From positions 42,866 through 106,865 of the forward strand of contig CAVZIW010000010.1 of assembly GCA_963775465.1 (NCBI GenBank): a stretch of DNA of 64,000 nucleotides, written 5' to 3'. Numbering within the stretch: the stretch's first letter is position 1; each line of letters begins with the position of its first letter. The notes below the pieces were generated by a model. That model ran no database searches. It was not told the DNA's origin and was given only the letters and a program-made list of their open reading frames with translations. This document shows positions 10,333 to 21,030 of this stretch, piece by piece. The DNA comes from Candidatus Bathyarchaeota archaeon. Lineage in GTDB: Archaea > Thermoproteota > Bathyarchaeia > Bathyarchaeales > Bathycorpusculaceae. The position numbers and the translations under genes were made by a program.

Positions 10333-10629
10333 ATGACCCCTTTAGTTCGCCTCTACTGGATAAGAGTCACATTAGGAATAATCGCAGCCGCAATATCTGC
10401 AGTAATGGCTGAGTTAATCGGGACCCTAACTGACATCACAACACTTGTAAACAGCATAACCATAGCCTTACTGATATATTTCATAACATACTACATTCTT
10501 CGAGCAGTCTTCAGAGACAAAATAGAAAAGCCCTCAAAAATCCTGAGTACAGGAATAGGAATGTACTTTTTTGCGTGGATAGCCTTCTTTGTCTTATTCT
10601 ACACGATAATCCACATAGTAGTCGCATAA
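10333..10629 (+). CDS. Small three-TM membrane protein (possibly EMC6/Rab5ip-like)
   Basis: Three hydrophobic segments; LYWIR and GIGMYFFAW..LFYT motifs. Confidence 0.6.
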   Translation: MTPLVRLYWIRVTLGIIAAAISAVMAELIGTLTDITTLVNSITIALLIYFITYYILRAVFRDKIEKPSKILSTGIGMYFFAWIAFFVLFYTIIHIVVA

Positions 10630-10646
10630 AAAAATTTTATTATTAT

Positions 10647-11096
10647 TTATTTTTCTTGATTCTTCTGGAGAAAATTCCCCATAGTCACTTGACTCTTATC
10701 ACTGCGAAGTGTCTCAACCTTTTCAGGTACAGCAGCTTTGCCATTTGGGCTGGGAATTTCCATACGAGTTAAGATACGCATGCAGTCTGCCCAAGCAGAA
10801 AAATACCCGCGGTCAAAATCAGCATGCAATCCATTGCCCATCTGATCAAGAAACTCTTTTCGGTAAGCGTGCAAGGCAACCTTGTCACTTAAGTCAAGTT
10901 TAGAAAAGAAAGCGTAGTCATCAGAACTACTTTTTCTGGAAAGATACATACCGTAGAGTGCTCTAAAGTACCCTCGGTTCCAATCTGTTTTCTGCATTTT
11001 TTGTTTAACACGTTCCAGTTCACGCTCAGCTTCGGCAAACTGCCTGCCAACGATGAGCTGGAAGTACCTTGTAACTAAAGCTTGAGATATCGGCAT
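10647..11096 (-). CDS. Hypothetical protein co-transcribed with radA
   Basis: Starts 2 nt after the radA stop; internal repeat WNRGY/FDRGY. Confidence 0.7.
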   Translation of the reverse strand: MPISQALVTRYFQLIVGRQFAEAERELERVKQKMQKTDWNRGYFRALYGMYLSRKSSSDDYAFFSKLDLSDKVALHAYRKEFLDQMGNGLHADFDRGYFSAWADCMRILTRMEIPSPNGKAAVPEKVETLRSDKSQVTMGNFLQKNQEK

Positions 11097-11098
11097 AT

Positions 11099-12151
11099 TT
11101 AGCGTCCACGTGATTTAGTTGCTTTCTCTTCTTCAGAGACATCTTCTATTCCGTTTTCGGTGACTTTAAGGATTTCCTCTCCTTCGGGCAAATATGGGCT
11201 TGAAACCAGCCTTGCGATTCGTATGGGTCCATGGGAAGCACGACGCAAGTAAATGCGAGTGTGACTAGTGTGACCAACAATATTTCCACCAATTGGGTGG
11301 ATAGCGTCGCCAAAGAACTGGTCAGGTTTTGCCATAACTTGATTAGTGACGACAGCCGCTGCATTAAACGCGCGAGATAACGCGACAAGCTTATGCATAT
11401 GCTTGTTAAGTCTTTGTTGGCGTGACGCCAACATTTCTCTGCCTATGTATTCGCTTCGGAAATGTGCGGTTAACGAGTCAATTATGATGAGTTTAATATT
11501 GTTTGCTTTGATTATTTCGTCAGCGTTCTCCAAGAGAAACATCTGATGATCGCTTGTGTAAGCTTCTGCATAAATAATGTTTTTAACAGCCTCTTCAGGT
11601 TCTAAACCTGCGAATCTTGCCATTTGCACTATGCGTTCAAGCCTAAACGTGTTTTCTGTGTCAATATAGAGAGCTGCGCCGTTTAACCCCCCTTTTTCAG
11701 GAGGAAGTTGAACATTAACGCACAACTGGTGGCACATTTGGCTCTTACCGCAACCATATTCACCGTAAAACTCAGTTATGGTTTGGGTTTCTAAACCACC
11801 ATCAACCATTTTGTCCAATGCTTTACTGCCCGTGGTGATTCGTGCTACAGATTTGCGCATTTTGAACAATTCGTCAGCGCGAATAAATGCTATCCCGATG
11901 GAAGATCGTGCGGCTTCTATAATTTGGAAAGCTTTCTTCTCGCTAACACCGACTGGGTCAAGTTCCCTGCTGGTTGCCATAGCTACGGATTCCACGGTAT
12001 GGTAACCGAGGTCACGCAGTTTAGCCGCGGTTGCGGGACCAACTCCTGGCAGGTCTTCTATAAACTCGTATTTTTTCTTATTTGCTTCCATTTGAGCCTG
12101 TCTATCGCTGAATTCTTCTGCAGGACCATCGTCTTCAGACATAAATTTCAC
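11099..12151 (-). CDS. radA: DNA repair and recombination protein RadA
   Basis: N-terminal HhH (LPGVGP), FIRA polymerisation motif, Walker A GEYGCGKS, YIDTENTF, IIDSL. Confidence 0.97.
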   Translation of the reverse strand: MKFMSEDDGPAEEFSDRQAQMEANKKKYEFIEDLPGVGPATAAKLRDLGYHTVESVAMATSRELDPVGVSEKKAFQIIEAARSSIGIAFIRADELFKMRKSVARITTGSKALDKMVDGGLETQTITEFYGEYGCGKSQMCHQLCVNVQLPPEKGGLNGAALYIDTENTFRLERIVQMARFAGLEPEEAVKNIIYAEAYTSDHQMFLLENADEIIKANNIKLIIIDSLTAHFRSEYIGREMLASRQQRLNKHMHKLVALSRAFNAAAVVTNQVMAKPDQFFGDAIHPIGGNIVGHTSHTRIYLRRASHGPIRIARLVSSPYLPEGEEILKVTENGIEDVSEEEKATKSRGR

Positions 12152-12211
12152 ACTTTTATGTTGATGTATAATACGAGCTATTTAAAACACGCGAATAGAC
12201 ATACATTTTTC

Positions 12212-12469
12212 TTAGTGGAGGGCTAGTTGAAAGTGAAATTTTAAAGTACAGATTTCTCCTTTGATATTCACCTTCCGCATATTCACAAAAAATTTAGGGA
12301 GGAATAACGCCCATTCGTGAGCATTCTTCTTTGAGACTACTTTAATGTTTTTTAAGGATTGACATTTCTGGACATATTCGTCGCCTTCAAGGGTGCTTTG
12401 ACGGAAGTCGCTGATTAACTGTTGTATCTCCATGGTAATCTCATAGATCCTTGCTTTAATTTGATCCAT
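12212..12469 (-). CDS. Hypothetical protein, possibly a remnant
   Basis: 85-aa ORF following the ABC ATPase fragment. Confidence 0.35.
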   Translation of the reverse strand: MDQIKARIYEITMEIQQLISDFRQSTLEGDEYVQKCQSLKNIKVVSKKNAHEWALFLPKFFVNMRKVNIKGEICTLKFHFQLALH

Positions 12470-12481
12470 ATAAGAGACCGC

Positions 12482-12844
12482 TTATTCCTGAACAATCACT
12501 TCGGAAGGTGTCAAAGCTGTCTTTATTACGCCGTCTTCAATACGTAGGATTCGAGTTGATACTCGAGCGACGCTGGGGTCATGTGTAACCATGATCATAG
12601 TTTTACCCAGTTCCTGATTATTTTTAACAAGGTAGTCCGCTATGATTCTTGGATTTGCCGTATCCAATTCGCCAATAGGTTCATCTGCAAGTATGATAGG
12701 TGCGTCATTAGCTAGAGCGGAAGCTATTGTGATTCTTTGTTGTTCTTCTCCAATTAATTCTTCAGGCTTATGACGAGTTCGGTCTTGTAGTCCAACGGTA
12801 TTGAGAAGATCTTGAAAGCGTTGTTTTTGTTCCCGCGTGGACAA
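12482..12844 (-). pseudogene. C-terminal fragment of a LolD/MacB-type ABC ATPase
   Basis: Degenerate signature LIGEEQQR (vs LSGGEQQR), ILADEPIG, VTHD; no Walker A. Confidence 0.75.
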
Positions 12845-13050
12845 GTTTGGTAATAATTGTCAGAGTCGATCTAGCGTGGTGGGGATTTTGAAAATTAATG
12901 CTCTATCAGGTGTATTCTATATGATTTCCAGATTTTTTATGTGGTCTTCTTTCTGAAATAATGTGTTTTGATGTTGTTGCAATACTTGCGCAACCACAAA
13001 TTTTCATAAGTAATCTTTCAGAAGTATTACTTTATACTGGAAGAGTTCTT

Positions 13051-13176
13051 GTGGCTAAATGTCCTAACTGCGGAACAGAAGTTGCTAAACCGAGCCGTTC
13101 ATTGAGGAATCATTTTTTCTGCGTTGAAGCCTATAACTGCAAAAATTGCAAGATAACTTTCAAAGTGAAACATTAG
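13051..13176 (+). CDS. Small zinc-ribbon protein
   Basis: (V/M)AKCPNCGTEVAKP..YNCKNCKITFKV; paralog at 45274-45456. Confidence 0.6.
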   Translation: MAKCPNCGTEVAKPSRSLRNHFFCVEAYNCKNCKITFKVKH

Positions 13177-13250
13177 CGCATGCTTGATAATTCTGCATTT
13201 AGGAAAGATTTTTAATACCGATATAATTTAGATTCTTTTGGCTGTTACCC

Positions 13251-13469
13251 TTGGATAGATTACAAGCTATGGCTATGTTGAAAGAGTTGGCTGTTAATGA
13301 TTTAGTTGACCCTACCTATGTGTCGATGGTTGAAGCAAAGCCAAACCATTTTCAGATTCAAATTAAATGTGATTACAATAGACTAAAAATAGAAGAGTAC
13401 GCAAAAAAAAACGGTTTAACTATATCTGAGGATAAAGACCGAAAATACTTAGTAATTTTCAAGCCATAA
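13251..13469 (+). CDS. Small hypothetical protein
   Basis: 72 aa; similar to 45430-45648 (MDR..A..LKE.. and ISE...Y..F. ends). Confidence 0.6.
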   Translation: MDRLQAMAMLKELAVNDLVDPTYVSMVEAKPNHFQIQIKCDYNRLKIEEYAKKNGLTISEDKDRKYLVIFKP

Positions 13470-13639
13470 CTGTAAATCTTCTACTCTTGAGATCACCTTC
13501 ACCCTTCTGCAACTTTTTGATCTTTAAATAAAAGCAAAATGTCCTTAGACTTTTTTTGGACCTTGGATGCAAAAGAACTGAATATTAAAAAATTGGGCGC
13601 CAGAAACAATTAAATCGCCAAGTTCATTTCTATAAGAAC

Positions 13640-15034
13640 ATGAATAATTTTCTGGACTCTCTCAAGCAAGAAAATATGAGTCTATTTACCGATTTCTACG
13701 AATTGACAATGTGTGCAGCCTACTTTGATAATAATAACTTTGAACCTGCAACATTTGACCTCTTTATACGTCGTCTTCCAGAAAACCGATCATACTTTCT
13801 TTTTGCCGGTTTAGAACAATCGTTACAGTATCTGCAGACTATCAACTTTTCTGAAGAACATTTAGCTTACCTAAAAAACCAGGGCTTTGGAGAGGACTTT
13901 CTGGATTATTTATCTGGATTTAGCTTTTCGGGTGATGTGTGGGCTATTCCTGAGGGCACAGTAGCTTTTCCCAATGAACCACTAATCCGCATAACTGCCC
14001 CAATAATCGAGGCTCAGTTGGTGGAAACATTCCTTCTAAACACCGTTAACCTGCAAACAATGATGGCAACTAAAGCTTCACGTATAGTCCACGCTGCAAA
14101 AGGCAAAGCCATAATTGAATTCGGTTTGCGTCGCGAGCACGGTATTGACGCAGGAATGAAGGTGGCACGGTCAAGCTACATTGCAGGCTGTCAAGGATCC
14201 AGCAATGTTTTGGCAGGCTTGACTTATGAGATTCCAGTGTTTGGTACTATGGCGCACTCATTTGTGATGTCATATGCAAAGGAAATTGATGCTTTTCGCG
14301 CTTTCTCCAAGACTTTTCCAAATAACTCAACTCTACTTATCGATACTTACAATGACATTGCAGGTGCAGAAAAAGCCGCTGAAGTAGCTAAAGAACTTGA
14401 AGCAAAGGGATTTAGACTTGGTGGGATCCGACTTGACAGCGGAGATTTAACAAAAACAAGTAAACAGGTAAGGAAAATACTTGATGAGCAAGGCTTGGGG
14501 TACGTTAAGATTTTTGCAAGCGGGGACCTCGATGAATATCAAATTAGCAAACTGCTAAAGGATGAAGCACAAATCGATGCGTTTGGAGTAGGCACAAAAA
14601 TGGGAACATCCGCCGACCGACCGTATCTTGATGTAATTTACAAGCTATGCGAAACGATGAACCCTGAAGGGACCTTTTCGCCGATAATGAAACTAAGCAA
14701 GGACAAAAATACCTTGCCTGGGCGAAAACAGGTGTTCCGTTCTAAATCCAAGGAGGGCGTTTACCAAAAAGATACAATTGCGCTTGCTGAAGAAAAAATT
14801 GAGGGTGATCCCTTGCTCTCGAGAGTAATGGAGAATGGCAAGTTGTCCTACAAGCTGCCATCTTTAAAGGAAATCCGATGCTCTGCACAGGAAAACATGT
14901 TCCAGTTACCTGCCCCGTACAAGGAATTAACTAACGCTCCAACATATCCTGTTGAATTGAGTTTGAAACTTCAAGACTTAATTAAAACTTTAAGAAGCCA
15001 ACTAACACAAAACGAAATTCTCCATAAATCCTAA
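13640..15034 (+). CDS. pncB: Nicotinate phosphoribosyltransferase
   Basis: LFTDFYELTM, EFGLRR, GTMAHS, LIDTY, IRLDSGD, FGVGT. Confidence 0.95.
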   Translation: MNNFLDSLKQENMSLFTDFYELTMCAAYFDNNNFEPATFDLFIRRLPENRSYFLFAGLEQSLQYLQTINFSEEHLAYLKNQGFGEDFLDYLSGFSFSGDVWAIPEGTVAFPNEPLIRITAPIIEAQLVETFLLNTVNLQTMMATKASRIVHAAKGKAIIEFGLRREHGIDAGMKVARSSYIAGCQGSSNVLAGLTYEIPVFGTMAHSFVMSYAKEIDAFRAFSKTFPNNSTLLIDTYNDIAGAEKAAEVAKELEAKGFRLGGIRLDSGDLTKTSKQVRKILDEQGLGYVKIFASGDLDEYQISKLLKDEAQIDAFGVGTKMGTSADRPYLDVIYKLCETMNPEGTFSPIMKLSKDKNTLPGRKQVFRSKSKEGVYQKDTIALAEEKIEGDPLLSRVMENGKLSYKLPSLKEIRCSAQENMFQLPAPYKELTNAPTYPVELSLKLQDLIKTLRSQLTQNEILHKS

Positions 15035-15154
15035 AGAACGCGAAAAAATTCAACTCATCTATATAAAGAATAATCCAATAACCTGTGAAAATGGCAAACA
15101 CTTAATAGCCTTTCCAGAAAAGGTGTAACTCTAAATCCAAACGGAGAACCAATA

Positions 15155-16360
15155 TTGCAAAATCAACCGGCTATAATAGCTGTTGGAAGAACAAAGTTTG
15201 GCGAATACTACGGCAAAGAACCAGAAAAGCTAATCGAGGAAGCTTGGCTTGCAGCTTCAAATGACTGCTGTATCGAACGTAAAGACCTCGAAGCGTGCTA
15301 TATGTCTGACTGTCTTCTTCCCATCACAAACAAACTGGGATTAGAAGAAGGGTTCCTCTCAGAATTAACCGAACTCCATGTACCCATGGAAGTAACCCGT
15401 TCCTTCAGCGCAGCACTTCTTACCGCTTGCCATGCTATTCAAGCAGGCGTTTATGGCACTGTTTTAGTTGGTGGAATAGAAAAAATGACTGACCGCTGGG
15501 ACAAAATACGTGATGATCTTATGTTACTTGATGACCCGTGGAGTTACTTTGCAGGTGGCACCCCTGAATCTAACCATGAATTAATGCTTCGCGCTTACAT
15601 TAAAAAACATAATATTACAGGTCAAAATCTGGACACGCTAAATCTGGCTCTCGCCGAGATAGCAGTCAAGAACCACGCCAACGCATCCAAAAACAAGTAT
15701 GCTCAGTACCAAAGAAAAATTACTGTTGAACAAGTTTTAACCGCAAGAAAGCAATCTCATAAATCATTAGGGCTTTACGATTTTGCCCCCATATCTGATG
15801 GAGCATCTGCATTAATTCTCACCAATGAGTCTGTTGCAAAAGAAATAAGTGATCGACCGATCCACATTTTAGGACTTGGCGCAGGAACTGACTTCCTAAA
15901 TTACCCGGCGCGGGAGGACCTATCCCGTTTTATCGCCGCTGAATATGCCATGAACACTGCTTCAAAAATGGCTAACATAGCGCCCTCAGATTTGCAGGTT
16001 TTTGAGGTTAATGATCAATCTACAGTGATGGAGATGATTTCACTGGAAGATTTAGGTTTATACAGGCCTGGAACTGCTTGGAAAAATATTCATGAAGGTT
16101 TACAGAATAGCGAAAATAGCTACACTAAAAAGGGTACACCCCTTTATGTGAACACTGATGGTGGTCTAAAAGCGGACGGCAACCCATTAGGGGCAACCGG
16201 CGGTGCACAGATTTTTGAGGTTTTCCATCAACTCCGCGGAACTGCAGATGAAAGGCAAATTAAAAATGCTGATGGCGTGCCAAAACAGGGCTGTGTCGTT
16301 GAATTTGAGGGGTTTGGAACCAAAGCTTATGCCACAATACTAGGAGACAAAACTAGATGA
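15155..16360 (+). CDS. Thiolase-fold protein (catalytic residues appear lost)
   Basis: GRTKFG, VGGIEKM, KNH.NA, PISDGASA, NTDGGL; GNPLGATG in place of GHP. Confidence 0.85.
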   Translation: MQNQPAIIAVGRTKFGEYYGKEPEKLIEEAWLAASNDCCIERKDLEACYMSDCLLPITNKLGLEEGFLSELTELHVPMEVTRSFSAALLTACHAIQAGVYGTVLVGGIEKMTDRWDKIRDDLMLLDDPWSYFAGGTPESNHELMLRAYIKKHNITGQNLDTLNLALAEIAVKNHANASKNKYAQYQRKITVEQVLTARKQSHKSLGLYDFAPISDGASALILTNESVAKEISDRPIHILGLGAGTDFLNYPAREDLSRFIAAEYAMNTASKMANIAPSDLQVFEVNDQSTVMEMISLEDLGLYRPGTAWKNIHEGLQNSENSYTKKGTPLYVNTDGGLKADGNPLGATGGAQIFEVFHQLRGTADERQIKNADGVPKQGCVVEFEGFGTKAYATILGDKTR

Positions 16361-17865
16361 GTAGCGAACCTATCGAACGCCGGGTTTCGTACTTAGGAGA
16401 TCGCCTTAAGGCTTGTCGTTGTCAATGCTGCGGCAAAGAATACTTCGAAGTACGCGACTACTGCAGCATTTGCGGCAGAAAAAGTTACGGAAAAATGGCT
16501 AGCATAGATCTATTTTTCGATAAAGGAAAACTTGAACTTGCAACTTACATAAACGAACCCACAAACAAATTCATGAAACTTTCAAGTTTTATCTACGGAA
16601 TCGTCTCTTTTCATGATGGCAAAATTCGGGTGCCCGCTAGACTAACCGACCAATTGCTTTGTGACGGTCAAGATGTTGACATATCAAGTTTTGAAGGCAG
16701 AGAAGTAATCCCAAGGTTCCGAAGACGCTATTCAGTCGGAAAAGGCGATGTAATTCCAACAATCTCATTAGCTTTCACCCTTGCAGATGAGTACTATCCT
16801 CACCAAGAATACAAAATCGTCCAACCAACTAAGGAATATGAACTTCCAGGTATCATCGGCTATGGAGTCTACACTTCTCGTTTCCGTATTAAAGAAAGAA
16901 ATTTGGAGCGCGCTGTACCATTCATAGATGAAGACTCTGTTACAGCTTCCGTTGAAGCTGGAAAACTAGCGCTTATCCATTCGGGTCTGGATAGTTCGCT
17001 TGTAGGTAAAGTCTATGTTGGTTCTGAATCAAACCCGTATGCAGTTAAGCCAATTGCGTCCAAGGTAGCGCAGGTCTTGAAATTAGGTGAAGAAGACGAC
17101 GATATACAAGGTGTTGACGCAGTGGACACAGAATTTGCGTGCAAAGCAGGTTCAAGCATGTTTAAGGATGCAGCTGCTCTCGTGAGTTATCCCCGTTCAA
17201 ACATAAAAAACGCGATGGTAATAGGTGCAGATAATTCGCAAGCAGCTCCACGCGGATGCCCCGGAGGCGAACTCGATACCTTTGTAGGTTATGGTGCCGC
17301 TGCATTTCTCTTTGGAAAATTAGATGTCATCGCAGAAGTTGAAGGTTGGTATTCTTGTACCTCAGACACACCTGACTTTTGGCGTCGCGATGGGGAACCA
17401 TTTCCAAGCCACGGAGGACGTTTTACAGGCGACCCAGCTTACTTCAAACATGTTCGCAAAGCCGCTAGCAAACTCATGGAACAATCCAACTTGCAAGCAT
17501 CCGACATTAACTATTTTGTGCCCCATCAACCAAACCCAACGTTTCCAGTTAGAATAGCAAAAGAACTAGGCTTCAAAGACGAACAATTCTCTCCTTCACT
17601 AGTGATAAACAAGTTTGGTAACACATATTCCGCTTGCTCTCCTGCAGGTCTAGGTTCAGTACTTGACATTGCAGAACCTGATCAACGAATCTTAATGGTT
17701 AGCTACGGTTCAGGAGCCGGAAGCGACGCATACCTTCTACGAACCACAAGCCAAATTCTCGAAAAGCGAAAACGCCAAAAAATTAATGTGAAATCCCAAG
17801 CTGAAAACCCCTTCATAGAATATGTCGATTACACAACCTATAGAAGACTCAAACTAGGAATGTAA
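16357..17865 (+). CDS. DUF35 (Zn-ribbon/OB)-HMG-CoA synthase fusion
   Basis: N-terminal CxxC..CxxC plus OB-like region; C-terminal GSESNPYAVKP, EFACKAG, HQPN, GNTYS, SYGSGAGSDA. Confidence 0.88.
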   Translation: MSSEPIERRVSYLGDRLKACRCQCCGKEYFEVRDYCSICGRKSYGKMASIDLFFDKGKLELATYINEPTNKFMKLSSFIYGIVSFHDGKIRVPARLTDQLLCDGQDVDISSFEGREVIPRFRRRYSVGKGDVIPTISLAFTLADEYYPHQEYKIVQPTKEYELPGIIGYGVYTSRFRIKERNLERAVPFIDEDSVTASVEAGKLALIHSGLDSSLVGKVYVGSESNPYAVKPIASKVAQVLKLGEEDDDIQGVDAVDTEFACKAGSSMFKDAAALVSYPRSNIKNAMVIGADNSQAAPRGCPGGELDTFVGYGAAAFLFGKLDVIAEVEGWYSCTSDTPDFWRRDGEPFPSHGGRFTGDPAYFKHVRKAASKLMEQSNLQASDINYFVPHQPNPTFPVRIAKELGFKDEQFSPSLVINKFGNTYSACSPAGLGSVLDIAEPDQRILMVSYGSGAGSDAYLLRTTSQILEKRKRQKINVKSQAENPFIEYVDYTTYRRLKLGM

Positions 17866-17967
17866 GAACTAGAAATTTTATTCTTTTATTTCATTGAACA
17901 CAAAAGTTTTGGACTTGTTAAAGCCTTTAAATAAGTAGTTGTAAATACAGGCAATTGTGAATGAGCT

Positions 17968-18831
17968 ATGAGTCAGTGTTTGATGCTTTTTTCTGACGGT
18001 GGAGCACGTGGAAATCCAGGTCCAGCAGCCATCGCATTTGTAGCCTTAAACGAAGGAGGCGAAATAATAAAGACGGCTGCCCAATTCATTGGTATTCACA
18101 CAAACAACCAAGCTGAATATCGAGCACTCTTGTTAGGTTTAAGCTTTGCTAAAGGTACCAAAACCCAAGAGGTTATCTGTCACCTCGACAGCGAACTGGT
18201 TGCAAAACAACTCAACGGCGAATATACCGTAAAAAACTCTCAGCTTCAACAACTCTGGCAAAAAGTCCAAGAACAAAAACGATACTTTAAACAAATTATT
18301 TTTGTTAATGTTCCAAGAGAGCATTCTCAAATCCAAAGAGCAGATGCACTAGTTAACAAAACTTTAGATGAACAAGCTGCAAAAATATCAACTAAAGGAT
18401 TAATCGAATTAAATCAGACTTCGAATGGTGAAGTGGAAAGTAGTATGTTTGTACATGCTAGTATTCGCACAAGCAATATGGAGCGGTCAATAGATTTTTA
18501 CTCAAAATTTTTAGGGTTAAGAGTTAAGAGTCGCCGAGAAATCAAGCAGACCAACGCGGAAATAGCTTTTCTCCAAGATTCCCAAAGTAAAGGTTGCACA
18601 CTAGAGTTGACATTTTATCGTGATCAAGAAAAGTTTGATCAGCCACCCTATGAAAATCGACTATTTGACCATTTAGGTTTCATAATCTTCAACATGGAAG
18701 AAACTATTTCCTGCTTGAAAAACGCTGGTGTGACTGTGACGGATGAACCCTTCAAACTAAATGAGAACACAACAATTGCTTTTATTGAAGACCCAGACGG
18801 AACCTTGATTGAGTTAATCGAACATAAATAA
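17968..18831 (+). CDS. Ribonuclease HI fused to a VOC/glyoxalase domain
   Basis: DGGARGNPGPA, TNNQAEY, DSELV, NVPRE..ADALVN, then HASIR..SIDFY..FIEDPDGTLIELIE. Confidence 0.85.
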   Translation: MSQCLMLFSDGGARGNPGPAAIAFVALNEGGEIIKTAAQFIGIHTNNQAEYRALLLGLSFAKGTKTQEVICHLDSELVAKQLNGEYTVKNSQLQQLWQKVQEQKRYFKQIIFVNVPREHSQIQRADALVNKTLDEQAAKISTKGLIELNQTSNGEVESSMFVHASIRTSNMERSIDFYSKFLGLRVKSRREIKQTNAEIAFLQDSQSKGCTLELTFYRDQEKFDQPPYENRLFDHLGFIIFNMEETISCLKNAGVTVTDEPFKLNENTTIAFIEDPDGTLIELIEHK

Positions 18832-18855
18832 ATTATTTCACAACTAAAACGCAAA

Positions 18856-19512
18856 CTAAAACAAATAAATAAGCCAGCATTTCCATGTAGCAAATATTAT
18901 CTTTAAATTAGCCTTATTATTTCCACCAATACGAGGCTTACTGCGTCTTGACGGAGCTACATAATTGATTTCGCCCACCTTAAAACCATGCTTTCTTGCA
19001 GCAACTAAAAATTCACCGCCAAAAGTTTCCCCACCAAGAATATTCTGAGTAATTGCTTGTTTTTTATAAGCTCTGAAATTCGAGAAAAAATCCGAAACTC
19101 CAATCGTTTTACCCAATGTTTTAGATGCTAATCTCTCTGAGAAACGAGGTACAACTGTTCGGGAAGCTACTACTACATCATAAACATTTAATTTTTCTAC
19201 TAAGGCAAGTATCTTTTCAGGTGTGTTCTCTAAATCAGAATCAATGGTTACTATTATTGAAAATCTAGATAGTTTTGCCCCAAACAGTAGACCCTTTGTC
19301 TGTCCTTCTCTAACTTTGCCAACAGCAATATCTGCAAACTGTTTTGCAACTTCAAGAGTTCCATCCAATGAACTATCATCAACAACGATTATTTCATGAG
19401 GTATTCCACTGAGTGTTTGGTTGACTCTACGTATTAGCTCTTCAATATTTTCTTTTTCGTTCCAAGTAGTAGTCACGACGGATACACCGTCAATTTTGAA
19501 GTTTGAATCCAT
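18856..19512 (-). CDS. Glycosyltransferase family 2 (DPM1-like)
   Basis: WNEKENI, VVDDSSLDGT, DSD motif. Confidence 0.88.
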   Translation of the reverse strand: MDSNFKIDGVSVVTTTWNEKENIEELIRRVNQTLSGIPHEIIVVDDSSLDGTLEVAKQFADIAVGKVREGQTKGLLFGAKLSRFSIIVTIDSDLENTPEKILALVEKLNVYDVVVASRTVVPRFSERLASKTLGKTIGVSDFFSNFRAYKKQAITQNILGGETFGGEFLVAARKHGFKVGEINYVAPSRRSKPRIGGNNKANLKIIFATWKCWLIYLF

Positions 19513-19725
19513 TAGGTTCCATAAGCCTCTTTGAAGGTTAAAAGTTCTTTTGCTTCTAAAAATTTTCTTCTTTTTCTCCTTCTTTTTTATGTCTTGTTTT
19601 TCTTTTCAATCTTGGGTTTTTCAGTCATACTACAGTGAGATGTAACATCGTAATGTTAAAATAATTGGAGGACTGATGTGTTAACGAATTTCAAAATTAG
19701 GATAAATTAATAGAAGGAATGAAAA

Positions 19726-21030
19726 ATGAGCAAAAGCGATAAACCCCACTTAAACCTTATAATCATGGGGCACGTTGATGCCGGAAAATCAACATCAACT
19801 GGGCACCTACTATACTTAGCAGGAGCAATTGACGAAAGGACAATCAAATCGTATCAAGACGAAGCAGAAAAAATGGGCAAAGGCACATTTGCATTTGCTT
19901 GGGTCCTTGACAACCTCAAAGAAGAACGTGAGCGAGGTGTTACAATTGACCTTAGATTCCTGCAGTTCCAAACCAAGAAATATAATTACACGGTAATTGA
20001 TGCACCTGGTCACAGAGACTTCGTCAAGAACATGATTACAGGCGCAAGTCAAGCAGATGCCGCAGTTCTGTTTGTTTCATCCAAAAAAGGTGAATTCGAA
20101 GCAGGTATCGGCGCAGGTGGACAAACAAGAGAACATGCATTCTTAGGTTTCACTTTGGGTATCCGACAAGTTATCGTTGCAATTAATAAGATGGACGATA
20201 TCTCATCTAACTACAGCCAAGAAAGATACGACGAAATTAAGAATGAAGTTTCTAGAATGCTCAGAATGGTTGGCTATAAAGTTGATAAAATTCACTTTGT
20301 TCCATGTTCAGGATGGACAGGCGAAAACCTGCTTAAGAAAAGCGATAAAATGCCATGGTATACAGGTCCAACCCTCATGGAAGCATTTGATATGTTGGAA
20401 ATACCAAGCAAACCAACTAACAAGCCCCTTCGTGTTCCAGTTCAAGATGTTTACACTATCACAGGTATCGGTACGGTTCCAGTGGGCAGAGTAGAAACAG
20501 GCACACTCAAGCCAGGAGCAAAAATCATCTTTATGCCATCAAACAAGACAGCTGAAGTTAAATCAATCGAAATGCACCACACTAGCATTCCAATCGCAGA
20601 GCCAGGCGACAACATTGGCATGAACGTTAGAGGAATCGCAAAAAATGACGTTCACCGAGGAGATGTCGCTGGTCCAGCTGAAAACCCACCAACAGTTGCA
20701 AAAGAATTCATCGGACAAATCATTGTTATCTATCACCCAACAGCTATCGCCGCAGGATACACACCAGTCCTCCACTATCATACAGGACAAATCGCAGTTA
20801 AATTCACTGAACTCATAAAGAAAATTGACCCACGCACTGGACAAGTATCCGAAGAGCACCCAAGCTACCTCAAAACAGGAGATGCTGCTTGGGTACGAAT
20901 GGAACCACTTCACCCCATCGCAATCGAAACCTTCACTGATTTCGCAGAACTCGGTAGATTTGCAATTCGAGACATGGGCACAACTGTTGCAGCAGGCGCC
21001 GTTAAAGAAATAACTAAAAAGGGATTATAA
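19726..21030 (+). CDS. tuf: Translation elongation factor EF-1 alpha
   Basis: [38 protein letters not shown]. Confidence 0.98.
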   Translation: MSKSDKPHLNLIIMGHVDAGKSTSTGHLLYLAGAIDERTIKSYQDEAEKMGKGTFAFAWVLDNLKEERERGVTIDLRFLQFQTKKYNYTVIDAPGHRDFVKNMITGASQADAAVLFVSSKKGEFEAGIGAGGQTREHAFLGFTLGIRQVIVAINKMDDISSNYSQERYDEIKNEVSRMLRMVGYKVDKIHFVPCSGWTGENLLKKSDKMPWYTGPTLMEAFDMLEIPSKPTNKPLRVPVQDVYTITGIGTVPVGRVETGTLKPGAKIIFMPSNKTAEVKSIEMHHTSIPIAEPGDNIGMNVRGIAKNDVHRGDVAGPAENPPTVAKEFIGQIIVIYHPTAIAAGYTPVLHYHTGQIAVKFTELIKKIDPRTGQVSEEHPSYLKTGDAAWVRMEPLHPIAIETFTDFAELGRFAIRDMGTTVAAGAVKEITKKGL

